Origin: a virus
Taxonomy: Duplodnaviria; Caudoviricetes
IMG/VR virus record: IMGVR_UViG_3300021399_003927
Coordinates: 1-64,000 of that record
Direction: 5' to 3' (one strand)
DNA length: 64,000 nt
Shown: in pieces, positions 53,679-61,854 of the stretch
How the letters are laid out: each line of letters starts with the position of its first letter
Numbering within the stretch: position 1 is the first letter of the stretch
Notes under the pieces: model-generated
Told to the model about the DNA's origin: nothing
The model's input: only the letters and a program-made list of their open reading frames with translations
Databases searched by the model: none
Program-made: the position numbers and the translations under genes

Positions 53679-53743
53679 CTTATTTACATTTACTATATAT
53701 TATTTCCCTATATATAATAAATATATGAATGCTAACTAATTGT

Positions 53744-55021
53744 TCAATACCAATTTACACTAGTGTCTTGTACGTAGTTGACAAAATCAGGATATATGTC
53801 TCTGATGTCATCCCTTTCATTGCACCACACAAACGTTGGGTCAACTGCAATCTTTGATGCTGGACTGCCAACTTCTGCTTTCAAAGGTACTAACGTGTTC
53901 TGCTTCATTACTGCAATGGTAATATCCCAAGGAGCAACGATGTGGTCGATTTCAAACGTTACTGGTTCCAAACCATTTACACAATTAGCACCATTAGTGT
54001 TAATCATCGTGCCAACAGTGATACCTAATGTTGGGTTTGCTTCTGCAAACAACTCATGTACCTCTCTACCATCAACGTATAGTGGAATAGTACCACCAGC
54101 TGCTAGAATGGTTACTGTAGTTGTGTTAGAACCTTCTGTATATGAAGCATCAAATACTACGTCATTAAAGTCGAAATCTGAGCCGCCATATGCGCTCAAG
54201 TCTTCACAGATGATACGAACAGTATATCTCTCTGGAGGAGTTACACCCTTTCCAGGAACAATCTTGACAATCCAATCGTTATAGATGTAGTCTCTGTCAA
54301 CTTGCTCGTTCTTATTCTGTCCATTAGCTTCAAAATCAAAACCTACATAGTAATTGCCGTTGATTTTTTCCATACGGAAATTGTAGAATACATGGCCATT
54401 GTCCTCAGAAGACTTGAAACCGAATTTGTGGGAGTCGGTGTTCACCATAAGCATTTTACCATCCCATGCGCCACAATTACCATTGTTGAAGTTATTGATG
54501 TGGTCATCGTAAGACTCTCCAATCACAACCTCTTCCTCGTAAGGCCACCAACGTACAACATTGACGTGCTTGTTGGTCACTGTACAAAGCCAATCCATAT
54601 GTTCTGAACCAGTAACTGTTTGATTATCGTGGTTCTTATAGGTAGCTACGCCTTTGTATACTTGCTGAACGAAGAAACAATCCCAATCAACTAAAGAGGT
54701 ATAAGAAGCCTCACCCTTCTTGTTGAAAACTGCTAACACAGCTTCTCTTTCGGCATCAGTAATGGCCGTAGGTACAACATAACCATTTTTTTCCCATTCG
54801 TTTCCTTTAGGGTCTGCTGCACGAGTAGTCATCCAAAATGATGAAGGTAACGTCCTAGAGCCAAATCCCCAATCTTGGTTCTCTGCTGGCTCACCAAAAA
54901 CTTGCTTGAACACTGCATTATAACTATTCTGGACTGCGTCTTCGTAAGACGTTGTAAATACGTCCTTTTCACAAGCAGTGAACGCTATTAATGCTAGTAA
55001 ACTTAAAATAATTTTCTTCAT
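53744..55021 (-). CDS. Prevotella-type outer-membrane lipoprotein with a DUF4842/LruC-like C-terminus
   Basis: Lipobox FTAC; DQ/NQDWGF, YNDWIVKI, RIICEDL...SDFDFNDVVFD. Confidence 0.75.
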   Translation of the reverse strand: MKKIILSLLALIAFTACEKDVFTTSYEDAVQNSYNAVFKQVFGEPAENQDWGFGSRTLPSSFWMTTRAADPKGNEWEKNGYVVPTAITDAEREAVLAVFNKKGEASYTSLVDWDCFFVQQVYKGVATYKNHDNQTVTGSEHMDWLCTVTNKHVNVVRWWPYEEEVVIGESYDDHINNFNNGNCGAWDGKMLMVNTDSHKFGFKSSEDNGHVFYNFRMEKINGNYYVGFDFEANGQNKNEQVDRDYIYNDWIVKIVPGKGVTPPERYTVRIICEDLSAYGGSDFDFNDVVFDASYTEGSNTTTVTILAAGGTIPLYVDGREVHELFAEANPTLGITVGTMINTNGANCVNGLEPVTFEIDHIVAPWDITIAVMKQNTLVPLKAEVGSPASKIAVDPTFVWCNERDDIRDIYPDFVNYVQDTSVNWY

Positions 55022-55045
55022 TTTTATTATAACTTTTTTTTATTT

Positions 55046-55297
55046 TCAACCAAACATACTCATAGGGTCTTCATTAACCTTAACAAGCTCAATAGACAAT
55101 TGGAATCGTGGATTTTCATCCTTTTCCTTATACTCTTCTGGATGCTCTTCCATCTGTTTCACTTGCTCTTCAAGCTTTTTAATAGCCTCCTTGAGCATTG
55201 CAACTTTGTCAGTTCCAGGATAGTTTAAACCAAACCTAAACTCTTTTCCTTCCATAAGCAGCATTTTTGCTTGTAACATTTTTGTAAACTTATCCAT
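55046..55297 (-). CDS. Small hypothetical protein (start revised to MDKFTK)
   Basis: The upstream extension in the ORF track overlaps a tRNA-like element. Confidence 0.6.
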   Translation of the reverse strand: MDKFTKMLQAKMLLMEGKEFRFGLNYPGTDKVAMLKEAIKKLEEQVKQMEEHPEEYKEKDENPRFQLSIELVKVNEDPMSMFG

Positions 55298-55313
55298 AAC
55301 CTTAAATAATTTG

Positions 55314-55375
55314 TCAGTGGCGTTGGACTCGAACCAACCATGCTCTAGAATCATCGCACCAAAAATTTACCACTG
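55314..55375 (-). ncRNA. 62-nt D-armless tRNA-like RNA with a possible TT-CTA-GA loop
   Basis: CAGTGGT/GCCACTG acceptor, GTTGG-TTCGAGT-CCAAC T arm, A73 then CAA. Confidence 0.6.
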
Positions 55376-55382
55376 TTTTGTT

Positions 55383-55490
55383 AAAAAATGGCTGCTAAGT
55401 TAGCTACTCCTAGCAGCCATAAAGCCCATCATATCCCAATCTCCCTCACGTGCTAGGTAGGTGATATGATATAGTCACGAAAGTTTCCTT
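55383..55490 (-). ncRNA. Putative ~105-nt small RNA ending in a strong terminator
   Basis: ATCATATC/GATATGAT stem, ATGGCTGCTAG...TTAGCAGCCAT-TTTTTT, TATTTATA motif just upstream. Confidence 0.45.
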
Positions 55491-55873
55491 TAGTATAAAT
55501 ATAAATAATAATTGATAAATATAATCTATTTTTTCAGAGTTATTTTATTAAATAGATTCATAATTAACTTCCGTAACTTTTTAAGACTTTTTGTTGTATT
55601 CTAATCCGTATTTAAAGAACTTCTCACATAGTATCATCACTTGGTTCTGTGACATAAATGATGGCTCACCTAGTAATTCGATTCTCATCTTCTTACGGAA
55701 AAATTCTAGTGCTTCCTTATCCATCATTGTATTCTTTTTAAATAAGTTATTTTCAATAAGTCATTCTATCTAGGAACTCGTCATCATCTTCTTCTTTTGC
55801 AATTATTCCCATGTCGAAAATGCAACGTTTCCTTTTACCACTTGCTTCACACTTCCCATATAACCGACATTTT

Positions 55874-56409
55874 TCATTGCAAGGTATCATGGTTTAATTC
55901 TTTTAAAGTGTTATTGGTTAAATCTTTACTTTCTTTTCTGAGGGTTTTAATCTTTTTGTGCGCATCATATTGGTCACATCTGTACGTCCACTTTGTAGCC
56001 GTTTTTTTGTACTGTTTGACCTTTGATGATGGGTCAGAATCAAGTTCTTTCCAATTTTTCGCATCCCTATACCCTCTAGGGGCATTTTCATCTTTAACTA
56101 TCCAATAGTACAAGTTTTTGTTAATGCGAGACACATATTTTGTGTGTGACTTCCACATTCTGAACGCTTTGCCTCTTTTTGTCATAAATATAAATAGTTT
56201 GTAAAGATTGTTTATTCGCTAAACTAATACCGAAATGTTACCAAATGTTCAGTACCATCGTCTAATTTAACACCCCCATCATTAATGGGTCTTCCATTCC
56301 TTATCCATTCCTCATATGTAAATGGCCTCCAATATTCAAAAAATATATCACCATTTGCCCACATATTGAACCCATATACATTGTAATCGTCTTCGTATGG
56401 CCTATTCAT
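55874..56409 (-). other. Two small hypothetical genes (55874-56185, 56224-56409)
   Basis: Minus-strand ORFs. Confidence 0.55.
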
Positions 56410-56425
56410 ATCTTTATATTTTAAG

Positions 56426-56497
56426 TACCCCTAGATGGAATCGAACCATCATCTTAGGTTTAGGAAACCCACGCTCTATCCGTTGAGCTATAGGGGC
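56426..56497 (-). tRNA. tRNA-Arg(CCT); CCA not encoded
   Basis: GCCCCTA/TAGGGGT, TGGGT-TTCCTAA-ACCTA, GATGG-TTCGATT-CCATC. Confidence 0.92.
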
Positions 56498-56556
56498 ATT
56501 TGAAAACAATTAAGACTTACCAACCATTCTCCAAATTGATAAGCCTTAAAAGTTAT

Positions 56557-57111
56557 TTAGTGTCTGCCAAGTCTGAATCTACGATTCATAATTACGCTTG
56601 GGTCAGTTTCCTCTACCACTGGCGGAGTCTTCCAAGGCTCGTCACTCTCCGTCTTACGGACGAAGCGTCCATTAACGTCACGTCTTACAAGCTCTGGAGC
56701 ACGCGGTGCTTCACGAGGAGCTTCAAAGCGAGAACAATCTCTACGAACCTCTGGTCTACCACACTGAGACTGTCTTGGCTGCACGCAGCCATTAAGCAGT
56801 TCAGTAACTACACAGAGCAATACTGCTGATGCAATCGGAAGCTCTGGAGTACTGTCAATCAAGTAGACCTCACCACTCCTTACATCGAAAGCAAGGACAG
56901 CGTGTACGCCATTCTGTGCATCACGGCTGATTGCACGTGCCTCTTCGCTACTGAGCTTATACTCGCGGTCAGCGTTAGGCGTGGTGGCGCACTCTACATG
57001 ATTCTCAGAGAGGTGGTAGATTACAAGACGCAGATTTGACTTGTCGCTACACTGTGACAGAATTTCAGCCATAGGGCTGTTGTCAGAATGAAGTTTAATG
57101 TAATTCCACAT
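56557..57111 (-). CDS. Hypothetical protein with an RRDVNGRFVRK tail motif
   Basis: GC-richer ORF; tail motif shared with 22908..23588. Confidence 0.7.
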   Translation of the reverse strand: MWNYIKLHSDNSPMAEILSQCSDKSNLRLVIYHLSENHVECATTPNADREYKLSSEEARAISRDAQNGVHAVLAFDVRSGEVYLIDSTPELPIASAVLLCVVTELLNGCVQPRQSQCGRPEVRRDCSRFEAPREAPRAPELVRRDVNGRFVRKTESDEPWKTPPVVEETDPSVIMNRRFRLGRH

Positions 57112-57151
57112 AAATTTCTCTTGTTAGCTAATTAATACTCGTTTGTTAAAA

Positions 57152-57187
57152 AAAAAATAGGTGGGTAGCTTGGTGGCCACCCACCTT
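57152..57187 (-). terminator. Intrinsic terminator
   Basis: AGGTGGGT.GC...GC.ACCCACCT with an A-run on the plus strand. Confidence 0.75.
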
Positions 57188-57206
57188 TAAAAGAGAGATA
57201 CAACGA

Positions 57207-57551
57207 TTACTCTGCGCTAGCAGTCTCCTCATCGTCACCGAAGAACTCGTCAAAGGTTGACTGAGCAATCTTGAGTTCAACGTTCAGCTCGTAGAGACGA
57301 GTCTTAGCGCTCTGCAAGTCAGCAGCCCACTTGGTTGGATTCCAACCCTTCACGCCAGGACGGAGTGAATCAGTGGTGTCTGGAGCGAAGTCGGTCAGAC
57401 CCTGAATCTGCATTTCCACGTTGGTCTTCTCAATCTTGAGCTTGTGGATGATTTCCTCTTGGGCAATCTTTGCCTGAGTGTTAATCTGTGAAGCACGTGC
57501 TGCAAGAGCCTTAGAGTCATTCTGACTCATCATCTGTAAAAACTTTCCCAT
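57207..57551 (-). CDS. Helical hypothetical protein, probably highly expressed early
   Basis: Two tandem promoters upstream; host-like codon usage. Confidence 0.75.
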   Translation of the reverse strand: MGKFLQMMSQNDSKALAARASQINTQAKIAQEEIIHKLKIEKTNVEMQIQGLTDFAPDTTDSLRPGVKGWNPTKWAADLQSAKTRLYELNVELKIAQSTFDEFFGDDEETASAE

Positions 57552-57618
57552 TGTTGTTTAGTTTTAAAAGGTTTATAAAATGTGAACTATAAATAATTGT
57601 TTTACAACTTGTTGTTGT

Positions 57619-57775
57619 CTTTTTTACAATGCAAAGATATATTTTTTTTTCGTAATTTCCAAATTTTTTGGGATTAATTTTTCAAAAAATTTACCTTTGT
57701 TTTTTGATGTTGTTTTCATCGTTTCTTTTTAACAATGCAAAGATATATCTTTTTTTCGTAATTTCCAAATTTTTC
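57619..57775 (-). repeat. Tandem duplicated promoter unit
   Basis: ACAATGCAAAGATATAT.TTTTTTTCGTAATTTCCAAATTTTT at ~57626 and ~57732. Confidence 0.85.
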
Positions 57776-57779
57776 AGTG

Positions 57780-58766
57780 TTAATGCTTGTTAAAAGTTTT
57801 GAAAGCCTCATCTGCAAGCTGTGATACTAGGTCTATCTGAGCAGTTGCTAACGCACTTCTGAACATTCTAGGGCTAATGCGCCTTTTAGAGCCTTTCTTG
57901 CCCTTTCTAGAGGCTATTACCTTGTCTACAAGCTCTTTGGAGGGTTTCAACTGTTCTTTCTCTGACGAATAACCAACGTGGGTAAACCCAAGGAAAGAAC
58001 CGCTTTTTTCAATCTTACAAAGCTCAACATGGTTTTCGCCATATTTAAACTCTCCAGTGCGAACTTTAATCTGCTTGATGTACCTAATGGTTGGGTCTTT
58101 AATGCTTGCGCCAATTGCAAACATGGCATCAAAGAAATTGGTCAGCTTTTTACTACCACTAAGACTGTTCTGTGTTAAAGGAGTTCCCAAGTTACGCTTT
58201 GGAGTATGGGAAAGCACAAGAATGCTTATACCATATTTTTTCTTCAATGTACAAAGGTTTTTCATGAGCTTTCCAGCAGTGGTTGCAGTGTCTTTCATGT
58301 TCACCAACCAACTAAGGTTGTCAACAATGATTACCTTTGAGTTGTATTTGTTAATGTTGGCCTCAATACCGCCAATAATAACCTCATCAAAACTTTGCTT
58401 GGAGGCATCACAATAATCTCTTACCTTATCACTATCAAGCTCAACACGAATGAACTTGTCATTGAACTTGAAGGTACTTTTATTCTTTTCGTCAGTATAG
58501 CGGAGTTCAAACTGCTTCTTGCTCAACTCAAAGTCATAATACAAAACAGTTTCATCCTTGCCCAACTTATCAGCAATCATATTGCTCATTTGAACAGCAA
58601 GAATACTCTTACCGACATTAGCATCAGCAAAAAGGCAACATACCTCATTCTCAATCCAAAACTCTTTCCAAAGCTTCTTCGGATTCCTCTGCACTTTTGC
58701 GGCCTCTATTGTTTCGTTGGCCGTCATTGCGCTAAAGATGTCTGTTAAATTTGGTTTGTTTGCCAT
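57780..58766 (-). CDS. RecA-fold AAA_25-type ATPase
   Basis: Walker A ADANVGKS, YYDFE, Walker B IIVDNL, LSHTPK, LSGSK. Confidence 0.85.
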   Translation of the reverse strand: MANKPNLTDIFSAMTANETIEAAKVQRNPKKLWKEFWIENEVCCLFADANVGKSILAVQMSNMIADKLGKDETVLYYDFELSKKQFELRYTDEKNKSTFKFNDKFIRVELDSDKVRDYCDASKQSFDEVIIGGIEANINKYNSKVIIVDNLSWLVNMKDTATTAGKLMKNLCTLKKKYGISILVLSHTPKRNLGTPLTQNSLSGSKKLTNFFDAMFAIGASIKDPTIRYIKQIKVRTGEFKYGENHVELCKIEKSGSFLGFTHVGYSSEKEQLKPSKELVDKVIASRKGKKGSKRRISPRMFRSALATAQIDLVSQLADEAFKTFNKH

Positions 58767-58801
58767 ATATAAAAATTAAATTGATTTCTAACTTTATTAT
58801 T

Positions 58802-59191
58802 TCATGAATGAAAAAATGATAAAGCTTTATCATTTTTTATTTCCATATTTTTTTCTTCCATATTTCCAGAAATAGTAAAATATCTTTTGACTACATCTAT
58901 ATCTGATAAGGATGGACGAGTGAAACACTCAGTTTTTCCATTATAATATAATATATCCATATTACCAAATTTAGAATGTATTTCTTGTAAGTATTTAATT
59001 AAACTTTCAAGGTCAAAACTTGCGCCATAATTAGTCGTTCTCACCTTTTTCCTCGTATCACGTAATTCATTATAACAAATATTATTTACTAAAAGTGGGG
59101 AAAATGTTTTTTTTCTTTCATTGGCTTCACCAATGGTGATTTTTTCTTTTTTAACCCCATCTATTATAATACTTACAACTTTTTTATCCAT
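58802..59191 (-). CDS. Hypothetical protein
   Basis: 129-aa ORF. Confidence 0.6.
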   Translation of the reverse strand: MDKKVVSIIIDGVKKEKITIGEANERKKTFSPLLVNNICYNELRDTRKKVRTTNYGASFDLESLIKYLQEIHSKFGNMDILYYNGKTECFTRPSLSDIDVVKRYFTISGNMEEKNMEIKNDKALSFFHS

Positions 59192-59220
59192 ATTACTATA
59201 TCCATATTAGTAAATGTTTG

Positions 59221-59292
59221 TACCCCCTCAAGGAATCGAACCTTGTTCTCCAGCGTCACGCTATTGTTGTCCTACCATTAGACGAAGGGGGT
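59221..59292 (-). tRNA. Glu-like tRNA body with a remodelled, non-canonical anticodon arm (pseudo-tRNA/decoy)
   Basis: ACCCCCT/AGGGGGT, GTC-TAATGGTAG-GAC, CAAGG-TTCGATT-CCTTG; positions 27-31 do not pair with 39-43. Confidence 0.7.
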
Positions 59293-59484
59293 ATAGCGGT
59301 GGATTGATTTTGCTAGCGTTGCTCATTCCACCTAAAGGCAACAGTTGTACTCAACCAACGAGACGGTTTATAGACACCCACATGACTCGAAATCCGACAA
59401 CCCAGTCAGTTGCTTGAGGGCAACCACTCTACAACCTTATGCGTCATACCATTACGCAATAGAAAAGGGAAGGCTGTATACCCT
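59293..59484 (-). ncRNA. Structured RNA with a tRNA-like D arm, several hairpins and an H-type pseudoknot
   Basis: GCGT-AATGGTATG-ACGC; GTTGC/GCAAC; TGACT/AGTCA; GTTGC..GGTGGA..GCAAC..TCCACC. Confidence 0.45.
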
Positions 59485-59580
59485 TAGTTCGTTATTTTAC
59501 TTGATACATCATTACTGTACCTCCACCGACAACTACGTCAATGTTAGCACCTTCATATTCTTTTATTTTAAAAATTAAAA

Positions 59581-59895
59581 TCAATAGAAACTGCTTATCT
59601 TTACCTCAAGAGAAGACACAGTATCTGCTGTAGCGGCCTCTTTCTCTACGATGTTGATTTCTGCATAACCACAGTCACCACCTTGAATGAAGATGCTACC
59701 ATCCTTTTTATGTTTAACATTCCTATTCTCCCACTTTCTGCGCTCGTCATCATTGCGGAAAGCGTAGTCATCAAGAATCTTCTCGTAAACTTTTTCCACT
59801 ACAGCTTTTGCTGTTTCTTTACTGTCGCAAGGGATGACTTCAGTTTTTACTGCGTGGTCATCACTGTCGAAAAACATTGTTTCTACTACTACCAT
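59581..59895 (-). CDS. Hypothetical protein
   Basis: ORF under the promoter at 59934. Confidence 0.65.
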   Translation of the reverse strand: MVVVETMFFDSDDHAVKTEVIPCDSKETAKAVVEKVYEKILDDYAFRNDDERRKWENRNVKHKKDGSIFIQGGDCGYAEINIVEKEAATADTVSSLEVKISSFY

Positions 59896-59993
59896 TGTTT
59901 TTTAAAGTTAATAATGTTGTTGTTAAATTTCGGTGCAAATATATGAAAAATAAATGGAATAACCAAATATTTTAGCATTTATTATGCATTTTG

Positions 59994-60068
59994 TAGCAGA
60001 GAGAGGACTCGAACCTCTGACCTCCCCATTATGCGTGGGGTGAGCTGACCCAACTGCTCTACTCTGCA
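59994..60068 (-). tRNA. Initiator-like tRNA-Met(CAT) with an atypical anticodon arm
   Basis: U1:U72 mismatch, A11-U24, CCCCA-CGCATAA-TGGGG (G33), AGAGG-TTCGAGT-CCTCT. Confidence 0.8.
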
Positions 60069-60164
60069 AAACTAAGTATACCTAGAACACCTTTCAACAT
60101 TGATGAACTTCATAACAGTAACGGCCTATTACCGTTATGCTCTATCAACATCTAATCAATGTTG

Positions 60165-60861
60165 TGGGCCTAGAGGGGCTTGAACCCACGACCTTCAGAT
60201 TCATGCTACACTATGTTACCATAGTCAAACAAAGCTTGTAAAACCATTACGACTGCTCTTGGGTCAGCACTTTACGCATCTTACGCTATTTCAGAAGCCT
60301 TCTGAGATTTTACAAATTGCTTTCTATACCCCTCTGTACCTTAGAGTCGTTGACCAGTATAGAAACTTTGTTTGTTGTAGTCTGGAATACATCTTTACCA
60401 TATTGAAATTCTTGCAAGATTATGTTAGGGCTGAAACCTTTTGAGGTAAGACGTATCTATCTCATATATAGCAGTTTCTACACTCTGCTTTAACATAAAT
60501 TTCAACTTAGGTATCTCCTATATACTCTCTACACATTTATGAATGTAGCATACTTAATCATTAACTTTTCTGAAGCGTATTTTCATTCTCATTAGAGATT
60601 TTTTCGCCTCTACATTCAATTTAGCACGGTATAATCCTTACACATTATTGGTTAGTGTTGTGTTAGTTCGCCTCAAGGTAGCACGGATAAATCCGTGTCG
60701 TTCTTCAGGCTACCACTCGTAGGTTTAATGACTAACTCCATTAAAAGGACTTCCACCGTTTTAGGGAGATTCTACATAGGGATTTCTCGCCTATGCACAC
60801 AATTGTGAAACGCTTTTCACATCTATGAGTCTGCTGCTCTAACCAACTGAGCTATAGGCCC
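60165..60861 (-). tRNA. tRNA-Ile2(CAT) interrupted by a group I intron; exons 60825-60861 and 60165-60201
   Basis: Joined exons give GGGCCTA-TA-GCTC-AGTTGGTTA-GAGC-A-GCAGA-CTCAT^AA-TCTGA-AGGTC-GTGGG-TTCAAGC-CCCTC-TAGGCCC-A. Confidence 0.92.
60202..60824 (-). mobile_element. Group I intron (IC3/Azoarcus-like), 623 nt, no homing endonuclease ORF
   Basis: 5' exon ends in U, intron ends in G; IGS GTG; P3 ATCTCC/GGAGAT; P7 GAGTATA/TGTATTC; CCTAAG...TATGG receptor in P8; GAAA loop on P2. Confidence 0.9.
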
Positions 60862-60866
60862 AAATT

Positions 60867-61002
60867 GCCAAAGGAACTTTCAAGTTAATTCTATCATGTA
60901 TGCTGCGCCTTACGCCTAGACTCTGACGCATTAATTAAATAAGATAAGTACTCCTTCCGTAACAAATCACATACATGAATCCTATGTTAGACTCTCTTTG
61001 GC
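60867..61002 (-). ncRNA. Rod-shaped RNA with a central bubble (6S-like architecture)
   Basis: GCCAAAG/CTTTGGC closing stem, ~17x20-nt bubble, TCATGTATG/CATACATGA inner stem. Confidence 0.4.
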
Positions 61003-61222
61003 TATATGGTTTATTCAATAATAATAATAGTCTTCGTCATAAAACTCGTCTTCGTAGTCTTCATCACCATTTTCTATGATGTCCATTACGTCCTCTTCGG
61101 AGATTCCCAACTCATCGGCTATGTCTTCTACTGTATAGCCGTCTTCAATCATGTTGTAAATTTCTTCTTCCATAATAATTTTTTTGCAAATATATGATTT
61201 TTATTTTTAATAACCAAATATT

Positions 61223-61477
61223 TTAAGATTTTTTAATGTTATACAACCAATAATAAATTAAAACAATTATCCCACCAAACAAAAACACGATACCATAAGA
61301 CATAGCCATACAAGCATACACATAAGCAACATCAAGCAAATTCATAAGGCTTTTGGTGAACATTTCCTTAGTTGGCATGCCACTCACATTACTAGGCACT
61401 ATGTTATCTTTGAATATAAGAAAACTAGTTAAACAGAATAATGCGATGAACAATATGATTTTGAATTTATTTTTCAT
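61223..61477 (-). CDS. Small membrane protein
   Basis: Two hydrophobic segments. Confidence 0.6.
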   Translation of the reverse strand: MKNKFKIILFIALFCLTSFLIFKDNIVPSNVSGMPTKEMFTKSLMNLLDVAYVYACMAMSYGIVFLFGGIIVLIYYWLYNIKKS

Positions 61478-61479
61478 AT

Positions 61480-61854
61480 TTAATAATTTTGTTTACTAGG
61501 TATAACACCTCTGACTCCTCCCCTTGGGTTTTCAACATCACCCTCATATCTAGGAATTATATGTATATGGCAATGATGAATGGTTTGTCCAGCAACCTCT
61601 CCACAGTTAATACCGATATTATAACCTTGGGGATGGTATCTTTCGTCTAATATTTTTTTGACATTCTCTATTGCATAATGCAATGACTCCTTTTGAGAAT
61701 CTGATAAATCAAAATATGTTTCAACGTGTTCCTTTGGTATAATAAGTGTATGACCTTTAGATACTGGATATTCATCTAATACAGCTTTCCATACAGTTCT
61801 GTCGAACAACACATTCTCTTCCTTTTGATTTTCACAAAAAACACACTTATCCAT
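61480..61854 (-). CDS. HIT-family nucleotide hydrolase
   Basis: CVFC, YPVSKGHTLIIPK.H, AGQTIHHCHIHIIPR. Confidence 0.93.
   Translation of the reverse strand: MDKCVFCENQKEENVLFDRTVWKAVLDEYPVSKGHTLIIPKEHVETYFDLSDSQKESLHYAIENVKKILDERYHPQGYNIGINCGEVAGQTIHHCHIHIIPRYEGDVENPRGGVRGVIPSKQNY

Noticed and set aside
55314-59484. tmRNA (one- or two-piece) built from the tRNA-like and pseudoknot elements
   Set aside because: No Ala acceptor with G3-U70 and no tag frame ending in a YALAA-like sequence
60259-60444. Intron-encoded homing endonuclease
   Set aside because: The ORF is antisense to the intron, only 61 aa, and lacks HNH, GIY-YIG or LAGLIDADG motifs
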